The position numbers were made by a program, and so were the translations under genes. 64,000 nucleotides of DNA from an uncultured virus (IMG/VR IMGVR_UViG_3300027973_000050). Taxonomy: Duplodnaviria > Heunggongvirae > Uroviricota > Caudoviricetes. The DNA is taken from the IMG/VR virus record IMGVR_UViG_3300027973_000050. The stretch is one strand, 5' to 3'. Positions 13,384 to 26,800 of this stretch are shown one piece after another. Positions within the stretch are counted from its first letter, which is position 1. The number at the start of each line of letters is the position of its first letter. The notes under the pieces were generated by a model, which had not been told where the DNA came from, ran no database searches, and saw only the letters and a program-made list of their open reading frames with translations.

Positions 13384-13416
13384 ACAAAAAGGGGCCTTTG
13401 AAAAGACCCTCTTTGT
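13384..13416 (-). terminator. Hairpin with U-tract (possible intrinsic terminator/attenuator)
   Basis: Minus strand ACAAAGAGGGTCTTT-TC-AAAGGCCCCTTTTTGT. Confidence 0.5.
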
Positions 13417-13492
13417 TAACAATAATAGACAGCCCTCTATTATGGTTCATATTTTCTTAAAGAAATCTTTACAGATTATTTACTTTTTTATA

Positions 13493-14458
13493 TTAAAATG
13501 ATCCGCAATCTATTACATTAGAAAAATAAGGGTTTCCTCCAAGATCAGCTTGTAGAACACTACCATTAGCATAAGCAGCATTGGTAACACCTACTGGATC
13601 TGATCCATTTCCATAAACAACACCCTTAGATGTTAGTTCTGGACGACCAGTGCCGCCATAACTTACGTCAATAACATCAGCATTCCAAGTACCTTCAGTG
13701 ATTGCTGAAAGAATTTGAACTGTTCCATTGGCTCCTGCAAACAATTGCAAATTAACATTGTCTGGGGAATATACTCTATTAACAATCAAATCTTGCAATT
13801 GCAATGCAGCACCCAATGTACCACTTACATCACCAACGAATTTCTTACCAATTTGTTGACCTCTTGGAATAAACACAAAACGTTGTGTTTCGTTTTGGAA
13901 TCCAAAAAAGCCTAATTTAGCGCCTTGTCCAGCTTCAGCAGCTTCAGCAGCCGCATCCCACCAACGGAAAGCCACACCAGCATCATAATCTACTAGTTGA
14001 GAAGTTGCCTCTTCATCACCACCAACTGTAAGAATTGGGTCATCAATTGTTACAGACTCAGTGTTAACCTGTACGGTTGTGCCATTTACAAATAAATTTG
14101 AATTAATAATCAAATTGTCATCTGCATCAAACGCAACTTTTTCAGTCCAACTTCTGTTACCTTCTTGATCTGAAAGAAAGATAGCTCTTAATGTTGAATC
14201 AGTTGGTGTGATATCATTGTCAAGTTGGTCTGTATAAGTTACCGAAGCAAGATTAACCTGAGTTGCTGGGTTTCTTTGTACTTCAACATTGAGCTCGTTG
14301 ACACTTTGCCAAGGCACATATAAGTTAGGTTCTGCTTCACTTAGTCTAAGATAATCATACCTTTCTTCACCTGTGCCAAGACCTACTGTATTGACATGTT
14401 TTGCTGGGACTTTTTTAACTCGTCCGCTAAATAATTCTACTCTTTTTTGGGCTGCCAT
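13493..14458 (-). CDS. Putative virion structural/fibre adaptor protein (321 aa)
   Basis: NLFVNGTTVQVNTESVTIDDPILTVG motif typical of phage fibre proteins; ends VIDCGSF. Confidence 0.75.
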   Translation of the reverse strand: MAAQKRVELFSGRVKKVPAKHVNTVGLGTGEERYDYLRLSEAEPNLYVPWQSVNELNVEVQRNPATQVNLASVTYTDQLDNDITPTDSTLRAIFLSDQEGNRSWTEKVAFDADDNLIINSNLFVNGTTVQVNTESVTIDDPILTVGGDEEATSQLVDYDAGVAFRWWDAAAEAAEAGQGAKLGFFGFQNETQRFVFIPRGQQIGKKFVGDVSGTLGAALQLQDLIVNRVYSPDNVNLQLFAGANGTVQILSAITEGTWNADVIDVSYGGTGRPELTSKGVVYGNGSDPVGVTNAAYANGSVLQADLGGNPYFSNVIDCGSF

Positions 14459-14502
14459 TATTATTATTCCTTATATAAAGCCGTCGTATTGATTAGGCTT
14501 GA

Positions 14503-14841
14503 TTAATCGTTAGCTGATTCTAGAATACTTAATGTAATTCTTAAAGAATTATTCCCGCTACCTTGAACTCTCAAGGTATCGCCTGATTCTAGAACCAACT
14601 TGCCTGCTACAACACTTACGGCATCGCTATGAGGTATGTCAAATGAACTAACTAATTCATTTGAAACAACTCCTCTTACATGCCATGCTGTAATTGCTGC
14701 TGAACCACTACTAGTAATATTAGCTACCTGTGTTCCTAGCACGATACCTGTAACCCCCGCAGGGGTTGTGTAGATATTGGTCGGGGTAGTAGTTACCGTT
14801 GCTGTTACAGTTTTAAATGCGTTTAAAGGTACGTTTGCCAT
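14503..14841 (-). CDS. Small beta-sandwich virion protein (112 aa)
   Basis: IYTTPAG..IVLGTQVAN...KLVLESGDTLRV...ITLSILE pattern; AAGGA RBS; paralog at 35394..35711. Confidence 0.75.
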   Translation of the reverse strand: MANVPLNAFKTVTATVTTTPTNIYTTPAGVTGIVLGTQVANITSSGSAAITAWHVRGVVSNELVSSFDIPHSDAVSVVAGKLVLESGDTLRVQGSGNNSLRITLSILESAND

Positions 14842-14872
14842 TTTAATATTTCCTTATTTTAACCTTTGAAAA

Positions 14873-17800
14873 TTACTCATTCAATGCTAGGATGTATGGT
14901 GTAATAACACCTAGCAAGCTCTTGTTAAATGCTCTACCAACAATCGAACCTGAGTCACGTTTAATTGTTAGTTCTGGACCAATCTTGAAGTCACCCTTCT
15001 GATCTGTACTAGTGAAGTTGATGAATCCACCGCGTTCACTAACAATCTCATTAGCCTCAATCGGTACTCCACCATTATATGGTAACGCACTATCAACGTC
15101 AATACCAGTTCCTACCCACTCTAGTGTGTGACCAGTTGTTGTAATCTGGCTAACTTGGTGGAAAGTTGCATATGTATTATCATCAACACTTGACTTAAAT
15201 GTAGCATCTAGTGTCACTACACTGACATAACCGTTTGAAACGATATCAGTAAATGCATCGAACAATGATCCAACTGTGGTTACTTCACTATCTGTAGCAG
15301 CCACATTGTCTGTGTTCTGATCTACATAGATCTGCAACGGAGTTACATAATCATTCTTAACAATCTTTCTTGCCAATGTGTCTAGATAATTGAATCCAGC
15401 CGCAGTAGCATCTTTGCTGTCTGCTGGGATCTGCAATCTACCACCACTGAAATACTGCTCTGCTGCATACTTGGTTCTACTATTTCCACCGTAGATCAAG
15501 TCATAAGCCACAGCATCCAATGTTAAGCCAATGTCACGCTTACATGTATCTTGTAAGTATCCAAATCCTGAATACTCTTCATTAACATAAGTGATTGTGT
15601 CAGCTTGAATTGCTTCAAGATTATCTTGAATTAAATCGCGTAACAATACATACTTGGCTTCAGCATTGTCCAAACTTGGGGCAACTAGGGCAGGAGCACC
15701 AGCAAGACCTTTTTGTAATGTTGTTACAATACCATGAACCAATGTTGCAGTTCTTGTTGCATTATCGTTAGTAGCTGCTGTATGAGTCTTGTCTTGAGTC
15801 TGACTGTTACCACTTAACGGTGCAACAGTAGTATTCTTAACAATGTCATCAATGATACTTTCTAGATACTGCATACTTAGGATTGTTGGTCCTTTTGTTC
15901 CAAACGGAATGACTAGACCACCTTTGTATGTGTACTGGATGCCAGCATCTCTAGTTTGAGTATTGCCACCGTAATACATGTCATAAGCCAATGCTTCAAC
16001 AATATAACCAATATCGCGTCCGCACTTTTCTGGATTGTACACGAACCATTGTCCATCAAATGCATCTTTGACTGCCTTGTTTACACTGCCACTTGTAGTA
16101 TTATTTGCAACAAGAGTAGCTCTAACTGCTTCTATTGCTGTATAATCAGCATCACCAGTATTGATAGTTGGTAAAACTCTTAAACTATTAGCAGTTGTAT
16201 TAGCAGCACCTAAATTAGCTGAATCAATAATATTAGTTATACCATCAATTAGGTCAGTAACACCATCTTGAACTGTGCTACTACTTGCTCCACCAAATGT
16301 TCCTTTTGTAACAGAAATTTGTTTTGGAGTAAATGCATTAAATGTTGTCTCACTTAAGATTAAAGCTCTAATCATATCCCTTAGATAAGCATATGCACCT
16401 AGTGTAGCAGTTGCTTCACTTTGACCAGGTTCACCTAGTCCTAATGTTAATGTAGTGCCTTCCCAATATGCAAGACCAGCTTCTACAGTTTGACTGTTAC
16501 CGCCATAGATCAAGTCATAACGTAATGCTTCAAGGATATATGCAACATCACGCTCACATGCAATCTTGTCATAATCCAATTCTGGATAATTGATTGCAAT
16601 CCAAGCACGAACTTCTGCTTTGATGAAAGCTGTATTATTAGCATTAGCAATAGTTTCAACAGCATTATCGTATGCAGCAGTACCATTTGTATCAAATGTT
16701 AATGCTGGAACAGCTATTACACCACGATCTATGATGTCAATGATAGTATCCATCAATGAACGTACAGTAGTTGCCCCAGTTAATGACAAGTCAGTTAATG
16801 CTTTCTTCAAGAAGTACAATGCACCAATAGTAGCTGCTTTTTGTTCGCCTGTTACTGTCTTACTATAACTTCTTAAATATGCCTGACCAGCTTTAACTGA
16901 CTGGAAGTTAGATCCAAGTAATAAGTCATATTCAATTGCGTCTAGAATAATACCAACATCACGAGCACACTTAGTTGTGTCATAAACACCTCTTACAAAC
17001 TCTCTGCTATTGATATAATCAAGTACTTTATTTACACTAGCTTCTTTAGCTGCAAGTAATGTAGCTTTAGCAGAAGTAATAGTTGGGTTAGTACTTGTTA
17101 CTGTTGGCTCAATAATTGTTGTTAATGCTGGAGTTGTTCCATCACCACCAACATAATTGATAATAATATCAATTAAAGCATTAGCCGCGGTAGTTTGTCC
17201 TGTAACATAACTAGCAATTGTAGTCTTAAGTTGAGCGTAAGCAGCTAAAGTAGCTCCTTTCTCGCCAGTACCATTGCCCAATTGCGCTTGAGTACCTGCA
17301 AAATAACTACGAGCAGCAATAACAGTTGCTCTGTTTCCGCCATATGTTAAGTCATGTGTTAGTGCGTCAACAATATAACCAACATCGCGTAAACATGTAG
17401 CTTGTCTACCAGCTAATGTTGCCCAACTAAATCCATTAGCTGTATAAGTGGACAAGTAAGTTCCAATAGCAGTTTTAATAGTTTCTTTATTAGTCTGCAA
17501 TGTATTACTAGTTACTGCACCTGTAAGACCAGTTGACGGGAAACTTAATGTTGGAGCATTGCCACCGTCATTAATAATGTCAATGATAATACCTAGCTTA
17601 GATCTAATTCTGCTTACAACAGTGCTACTAGTACTAACTAGGTTAGCTAATACACTCTTAGCATGAGTTAGAGCAGCTAAGATTGCAAACTTCTGCGGAG
17701 CAGCAACTGCACCTTGAGCATCAACTCTTGTGTAAGCAAGACCAGCTGTAACGCTTTGGGCATTACTGTCAGTGAAAGTGTCATAAATTACTGCGTCTAA

Positions 17801-20800
17801 GATGTATCCTAGGTCGCGTTCGCACTTGACAACATCATATAAGAAGTAAGCTCTTTCATTGATATACTTGGTGGTCTTTTTAGATATTGTAGACACAGCA
17901 TTAACTATGTTATTTCTAGCAATTTCTAGGTCATTATCTGCACCAAGCAATTGTGGATACTGTACTGTTGGAAGAGCACTTAATCCGTTTGAAATTACAT
18001 TTTTAATAATGTCAATTAATGTACCAACTTTTGTATCGTTAGTAACGTTAGTTAATTCTTGCTCAATAGTATTTCCACTAACCTCATCTCGAATTAAAGT
18101 TTTCAAGTATTCATAAGCAGCTAGAGTAGCAGTTTTCTCAGCAGTAACAACACCTAATGTTAACTCATTACTATTTCCTACATAGTAAGCACGAGCAGCA
18201 ATAGTAGTTGCCCAGTTGCCACCATATGTTAAGTCATATGTAATTGCGTCAACAATATAACCAACGTCGCGTGTACATAAAGCTTTCTTAGGAGCACTTA
18301 ATGCATTCCAGAACACATTACTGTCATATCCGCCAGTTGGGTTGGCGAACCAATCTGTAATGTCACTTTGGATTGTACCTCTAACAAGACGAGTTAATTG
18401 TCCTTGAGCATTATATGCTGTAACATTACTTGGAGTGAAGTCCATTTCATCTATAGCAACACTTGCTGCAATATCACCATTGATAATACCAATGATTAGA
18501 TCCATGCTAGCTTTAACACTATCAACAGCATCGATATTGTTGGCCACAATTGAAGCTAACAATTGCTTGACATACTTCAAGCTTTGAATTGTCATATGCT
18601 GCTCTTTACTGCCATCCAATACATTTTCAGCCGTATTACCTAAGTAGCGTAATCCAGCTATAGTACTTTGATAGTTACTACCTGTTACCATGTCATATGC
18701 GACAGCAGTTACAATGTAACCAACATCACGAGCACACTTTTCTTCATTATATCCAACAGTGTCATCCTGTTCTTTGAATGGATTGTACTCAGTGTTGATC
18801 TTAGCAAGTACTTGGTCAACAATGAAGTCCTTGTTGGCTAATAAAGTCTTTTTAACTTCGTCAGCATTATCTGATACTGGTGTACCACCCCAAGTAATAG
18901 CTGGTATGCTACCATCTGGACCCTTATCTAGGATCTGTAGGATAACATTCATGCCAGCTGCAATTCTTTCTTGAGCAATCTTATTAGTTGTTAGGGCTAA
19001 TAATTCATTCTTTAACAAGTTAAATGCTGCTGTTGTAGCTAATTTTTGGGTAGTACCAAACACGCCATTACTTGCAATTAAACGAGCATAACTGCGTCCA
19101 GCAATTGTTGTACGGAAATTGCTGTCAAACAACATGTCCCAACTAATCGCGTCAGTTACATAACCAACATCGCGAGCACACTTGACTGCGTCGTATGTCA
19201 ATGCTGGGAAGTTAGTGGTTACATATGAAGTAACAGCAGTCTTAATTACTGCAATTTGATCTCTAAATGTAGCACTTACTTCTTTTAGATTTACATCTGC
19301 CCATGAAGCATCTGCGTAAACTTCTGTAACACTTGCATCATCATCAATCAAACTGTTGACGTTAGCAATCAATGCAGCAATTGTATCAGCTACACTTGCT
19401 GGGAAGTCTGAAATATCTGCAATCTTATCGCCTAATTCAGTGAATGCTGCCTTAGTAGCATTAACGTGATCAGTATGAGGAGAAGAACCAAGTACAGCTC
19501 CTTCATAATATGCACGACCAGCAACAACTGTTTCCATATTGCCACCATAGGTCAAGTCATACTTGATTGCATCTAATACATAACCAATATCGCGTAAGCA
19601 TGTATCTTTATTATAGCCAGAGAAACTATGTGAAATACCATCTAGATATGTACCCATCTGCGATAATAAAATATCTCTATTAGCATCAAGTAGGCTAATA
19701 CCACTAGCAACTACTGCGTCATAACTATTTCTAGTTACTTCACCTAGCTCCAATGTGTCTAATAGAGTACGCATTGCACTTGTTACTCTGCGACCAGCTT
19801 CCTTGTTACCAGTTACAATGGCTAACAACTTGCCTCTTAAGAATTCAAATGCTGCCATTGTGGCTGCCTTTTGCTCCTTAGTTGTGAAGTTACCACTTGT
19901 AACTTGACTACGTGAGTAGCTGCGACCAGCAACATAACTTCTAAACTCATTGTCAAACATCATGTCATAACGTACTGCGTCAACAACATAACCAACATCG
20001 CGAGCACATGTGTCTACGTTATAATCCAATGCTGGGAATGTTGCAGTAACATAATCAGTTACTTGTTGCTGTAAGCTTGCTACTGTATCACCCATTGTTG
20101 TTGCAAATGATACAAAGTTACTGTTAACCCAACTTGTGTTAGGTAGTCTTGCAGCAGCATTATCACCTGTGCTAGTATTAATATATGTTACTAACTCATC
20201 AAACAATACTTTAGCAGCAGCAGCACCAGCAGCACTACCTGCAAGTCCAGTTGTGGATTGTGCTGGAATACTTCCGCCTGTATAAGGACCAGCAGCTAAG
20301 TTTTGAGCAATGTCTTCAATAATGCTACCAACAAAATTAAATGTATCAATAGTGTTAGTAATATGAGTTGAATCAGCTTCAGCTAATACTAGTCCATTGT
20401 AGTATGCACGTCCAGCTTCTACAGTTGCTAAGTTGCCACCGTATGTTAAGTCATAACGTACTGCATCTAAGAAGTAGTCAACATCGCGTAAGCATGTTGC
20501 TAAACTAAATCCTGTTGGATTAATACCTTCGTCGTCAATATACTCAGCAACTTGACCTTTGATGTAATCTCTGTTAGCTTCAATACGATCTCTAGCAGCT
20601 AGACGACCAATATCAAAACTGTTTACAGTGCCACCATATGGAATTGATAGTGCTAATGCGCCGCTTCCAGCAAATGTTCTAACACGACCAGCTCCATTGT
20701 CTAGGATGTCAATGACTACGTCCATACTTGCACCAACTCTTGCTAGAGCTGTTGCGTCAGATTTGACAATATCTTCTAGTGCAATCTTAACAATTCTAAA

Positions 20801-23800
20801 GCCTGCAACTGATGCATCCTTCTGACCTAAACTTGTAAAGTCACCTTCAGTAACTTGTCTACGTAAGTAGCTGCGACCAGCAACGTTACTTCTAAAGTTA
20901 CTGTTAAACATCATGTCCCAACGTACCGCGTCAATGACTAAACCAATGTCTCTTTGACATGTTGCAACGTCATAATCTAATGCTGGATAGTTAGCACTGA
21001 TATAATCAGTTGTTGTCTTAGCCACAGTTGCTTTAGCAGCATTTAGCGCATCACTGAACACATATAACTTACTTGGGACCCACTTAATGTCAGCTGGAAT
21101 TTCAACTGGATCTTGCGGAGCTGTGTCAATGTAGTTCATTACTAGTGTAACTAACGGAGCGACAAAATTAGTACTTACTGGTTCAGTAGAAGCTGGAGCA
21201 GTTTTATCTTGTGTAGTACTATTTCCACTGGATCTAGTTACATCAATATTTTGAACTACTAGCTTGATAACGTCTCTTAAATGTCTGTAAGCATCTAATG
21301 TAGCAAGTTTTTCATTCTTACCTTCTAGAACTGTACCATTGTAATAAGCACGACCAGCAACTGATGTTTCCATATTGCCGCCATAGGTCAAGTCATAAAC
21401 AATTGCATCTAAGATAAATCCTAAATCTTCTCTACACTTAGTTTCGTCTGTTGCACCAACACCAGTAGTAAATGTAAATTCTGGGTAAGCATTAGTGTTG
21501 AAGTTGCCTCTGTTAGCTGTCTTCTCTTGAATAATGTAAGCAATTACTTCATTAATTAAGAAAGTTCTGTTAGCAACAATTCTAGCTTTGGCATTGGCAA
21601 TAGCTGCAACGTGTGAATTATCTGTGCCACCTGTTGGGGTTGGCAATGCACTTATCGCAGGAGGATCATCACCGCTAACGATATCTATAATAGTATCCAT
21701 TAGACTTGTTAATCTAGCTTTGGCAGCTACTTCAATTGTACCAGCAGCACGAACATCAATTATATCAAATAATTTTGTTTTTAATGTGTTTAATGCAACT
21801 AATTCAGCAGTATTTTGATCACCACCATCATAAACTTCTGATGCTACAAGACGCGTATAACTACGACCAGCTACAACACTACGGAAATTAGTATTAAATA
21901 ACATGTCATAACGTACTGCATCAATGACTAACCCAATATCGCGAGCACACTTGGCTGAGTCAAACACTAAACTTGGATCACCAACACTTACTGCATCAAC
22001 GATGTCAGTAATAATTGTGTCCTTGTCTGTTAGGAACTCACCATCTAATGTTAGGTAATCTGAATCTACCCAATCAATATATGGTGTAGTTGTTACTGGA
22101 CTACTGTTGTAAGCAGCATCAACTAAGTTTCTTACACCTAAAACCAATGCCTCAGCTTCTCTTGCAATGTCGGCTGGGATGCTAGCAGCTACTAGAAGAT
22201 CAAGAACCTTTCTAGCCATGAAAGTGTAAGCTTCTAATGTGGATTTAATTTCGTTGCCAATTAGTAAACTTTCGTTAGCTGCACCTGCATAGTATGCACG
22301 ACCAGCAACCATTGTTTCCATGTTGCCACCGTAGGTCAAGTCATAGCACATTGCTTCTAAGATGTAACCAATGTCTTTTTCACATGAAGCCTTTCTATTA
22401 GTTCCAGCAGTAGTTGGGGTGGTATTTGTATTGTTTGAACTATCCCATGTACCATAATCAAATCCATCAAACGCTGGATTCTTACGACCAGCAAGTTCAG
22501 CAACAATAAATGCACTTACTGCATTCTTAATAGCAGTTACGTTAGTGCTGTTCTTGAGATAATCAACTGCGTCAAAATATCCAATAGTACGGAAATCTCT
22601 TCCAGTTGCTCTTGGTAGTGCGTAAACACTGCCACCAGCTAGTGCAGTAACAAAAGTTGGCACTGTGCTTTCAGCAATAATACTCTTGATCAATTCAAAA
22701 CTATCAGTAATGCTAGCGATTGCTGTTGCATCAGTTGTTAGTTCTAACACACGACTTAGTGCATAATCAATACCACCTAATGTTTCTCTTAGTTGATCGC
22801 TGATTACCAAGCTGCTGGTTGCTCTGCGATAAGCTGTACCTGCTTTGATACTGTTGTAGTTTGTACCTAATAGTAGGTCATTCAATGCAGCATCAATGAT
22901 TAGGCCAACGTCGCGAGCACAACGGCTTTGATCATAAGTCTTGTAGTTAGCTGTGATATAAGCAGTAACTTCTTCTTTCAAGAACTCCTTGTTAGCAATC
23001 AAACTCTTAGCAGCGTTGATACTGTTTGGATTGAGAGCAGCACCTAGTGGTGGAACATTTACCACTGCTGGGGCTACTTCAACACCCTTGTCAACGATGT
23101 CATATAGAATGTCAAATCTATTTTCGATTTCACTGATAATATATGGATTTGTTACTAGTGGAGGTGTTTGACTTACTGCAACGCACTTTTCTTTAATAAA
23201 GTTAATTGCTTCTAACTGTGGCCCTAACTGGTAACTTGTAACTACACCAGCTGCTTTCTGTAAGTATACACTGCCTGCTGTGATAGTTTGGAAGTTGCTG
23301 TTTAGAACTAGGTCATACATGACACAGTCAATGATTAAGCCAACGTCGCGAGCACACTTTTCTGTGTTATATTGTAAAATATAGCTGTCAAGATAATCAG
23401 CAATACGAGCCTGTAAACTCTTCTTCTGTTCTTGCAAGCTTAATCTTACATAAGCCAATGTTTCATCACCAGCTAAGAACTCTGGCTCAATTGGCTCTGG
23501 AAGCTGTTTCACACCGCCTTTAACAACATTAATAACAATGTCAGTTAGTCCAGCTAGTTTAGCAGCAACTTGTTCGCTAGCACCAATACCACGAACTTGT
23601 GGCACTGCTAGTTGGAATGACTCAACTGGTGTATTACGGGATACTTCAAATAAAACTGTACCTAAGTAATTGTAAGCTCTTTCTGTAGCTGTTACTTCAT
23701 CTGCACCAAGTACAGCACCTTCATAATAAGCTGTGCCTGCATTAACAGTTTCAGTGTTACCACCATATGTTAGATCGTAGTAAATGGCATCTAGGATGCT

Positions 23801-26800
23801 ATCTAAATCTTCCAAACACTGAGTGCGATTGTACGCAAACACTGTAAATCCGCTAGTATCACGTCTGTTTTGCTCATCAATCCAAGCAATTACTTCTGCT
23901 TTAATAAACTCACGGTTATTCTCAATAGCAGTTCTAGCAGCCAATGTATTTCTATCATAAGCATTTAGAGGTGTGTTTAGAGAATTAGCACCTGTTGGAG
24001 TTGGAATTGAATATGGCTTAGCTGGAACATCTTTAACTAAAATATATGTTAATCCAGTTGGTGTGCCAGCAGTGGTTGTAATTGCACTGCCGCCCTTTGT
24101 AGCTGACAATGTAAAGTTAGTAGGGCCACTAGTAGAAATAACGTAGTATGTATTTCCAGTAGCATACCCAGTAATGGAGCCACCGCCACCATATGTACCT
24201 GTAATAACAACTTTTGCTCCTACTTCCACATATGCCTCTGATGCACAAGAGAATTGGCCACCAGTGCCAGTAATAGCAACTGTTCTTAAAGGAACACCAA
24301 CATTAGTAATGAACAAGTCCATTAAGGTATTAATTCTAGCTAAAGTTGTTGTGTCACCACCATTACCACTACCAGCAGTGCCATTAGTATTAATAGCAGT
24401 CTTGCTTGTTGATTTTGCTCTATTATTAAGTGTTATTAACTCAGCCTTTAGTTGCTTGAAAGCTGCTATTGTAGCTTGTCTCTGAACACCAGTCACAGCA
24501 TTTGTCACATTGCGACTGTAAGCTTGAGCAGCAATAATTGTCTTAAAGTTTGTATCAAAAGCAATGTCAAAACGTAGTGCATCCAACAATAAAGCAGTGT
24601 CGCGAGCACACTTATCTGTGTCAAAATAGCTAACTCTTAATGTACCTGCTCCTGGAGTGATTGTTGCGGCAGTTAGCTCTGCATTTGTTGTACGATCACT
24701 TCTCTCACTTACTGTGAAAGTATTGGATGTTGGGATTGTTTTTACATAATATGTAGTACCAAACTTAATGCTGCCAACATCTGCACCTGCTGTAAATTGA
24801 ATTGCTTGTCCAACAGTGAATGTATGATCATTTGTTACAGTAATTGTAGCAACACCGCCGCCACCTACAGCAATTCCAGTTACTGTGTTACCATTGTTAG
24901 TGATAGCATATTCTGTAACAATCTGTGGGAAACTCTTAGGTCTTCTAACTGTGTCAACTACTGAAGCAACTAAATTAGGTGTTTTATATTTGCCCAATAA
25001 TTCTGCAAAATCAGACAAGTTAGTACCTGCCCATGCTGTATCTGGATACACAGTGCTTGGATTAGCAGCAATAGTACTGATATAATCTCTAACTGTCCAT
25101 GCTAGATTTCTACTAGCTTGAGCAGCACTTACACCAGCTTGTGGACCAAATACTTGTGGAACCTTAACTTGAAGCTTACTTACATCCTCATTCTTAGCAA
25201 TCTTTGCTACTAGAGACTGTAAGTATGTATAAGCAGTTACGGTAATTGCTAACTGTCCACTTGGGAGTGAATCGTTATCAAGTCCGGCACCAGCATAATA
25301 TGCTAACGCAGCAACACTAGTTTCCATTGTGCCACCGTAAGTCATATCATAACGTAGTGCGTCAATGATATAATCAACGTCGCGTAAACATACTGCATTA
25401 TTATAATCTAAAGATGGGGACTCAACAGTGATTTTCTTGGTCAATTCTGCTTTGATAAACGCTCTGTTAGCATCAATTAAGTTTCTTGCATATCCATAAC
25501 TTGGTAGATAATCTGTATTATAGCCAGTTGGGCTTGGTAGTTTAACTTCTGGAAGTTGATCTAATCCACCTTTTAGTACTGCCAATACAATATCCATACA
25601 CTCAGCTACACGAGATCTAGCTGTTTCACTAGTTGTTGTGTATGTTAATAGTGTAGTTCTTAGTAACTCAAATGAGCCAATTGTAGCATCTTTTTGTAGT
25701 CCTACTACTAGAGCAGCCTGTGCGCGATAATAGCTACGAGCAGCAACAATTGTTCTAAAGTTACTACCAAACATCATATCATAACGTACTGCGTCAACAA
25801 CTAAACCAATGTCGCGTTCGCATGAAATAACATTATAATCAAATATTGTTAGACCACTAACGCTAGCGTTTGTTGTTAAGTTAACAGCAGAACCACCTTT
25901 CTCAGTACTTACTTGGAAGCCATTAGTTGTAAGATAAGTTCCACCTAATACATAATAAACAGTATCAGCAGTTAGGCCTGTACCTGTTGTAGTACCTTTA
26001 AGTACTATAATTTGATCTTCAACTAAACCATGTCTATTAGCAGTAATTATATCATTAGTTGTGTTGGTTGCGGTTACCTGTGTTTGAGCACTGTAATTTG
26101 CAGCAATATAATCTGTAACAGCAGTCTTAATATCAGTTTTTTCAGCTTCAATAGCATCACTGATAGTTACTAACTCACTGTCAAGAACATTAACCCAATC
26201 TGTGCTAGCTGCAACTGGAGTTGGATTTGTTCCACCTAGTGCTGTTAAAATAACACCAATTAGATCATTAGCTTTAGTGCCAGCTGCACTTGAACCTTTA
26301 CTGCTTGATGTTGTGCTTTGTTTAACTGTATTATTAGCGATGATTTCTAAAATCTTAGCTTTGGTAAAATCAATTGCTGCTAGTGTGGCTTCTTTTTGGT
26401 TATTAGTTGTAAAGCCACCTTCTGTAACTTGAGTTCTAGCATAACTACGACCAGCTACAGTACTTCTAAAGTTTGTACCAAACATTAAGTCATAACGTAC
26501 AGCATCAATAATTAGGCCAATATCTCTTCGGCATGTATTTACTACGTAATTGCCTACTAAGTCTGGATAATTAGCATTAATAAAATCTGTAACTTGTTTT
26601 TGGATACCAACCCCTAAACTTACACCGTTAAGTGTATTAGAAGAATTTGCATTATTAACAGCATCTAGAATATCACTGATTTCTACAAGACCGCTATCAA
26701 CCCATGCTGTTCCAGCTGGAACTTCAGTATCATCATTATCACCATCATCAAGATTGACAAAAGTAATAATAGTATCAATTAAATCACCAGCAGCATTAGC

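Noticed and set aside
13367..13450. 27-codon minus-strand uORF (MNHNRGLSIIVNK...) across the hairpins
   Set aside because: No convincing RBS or leader-peptide signature; likely chance.
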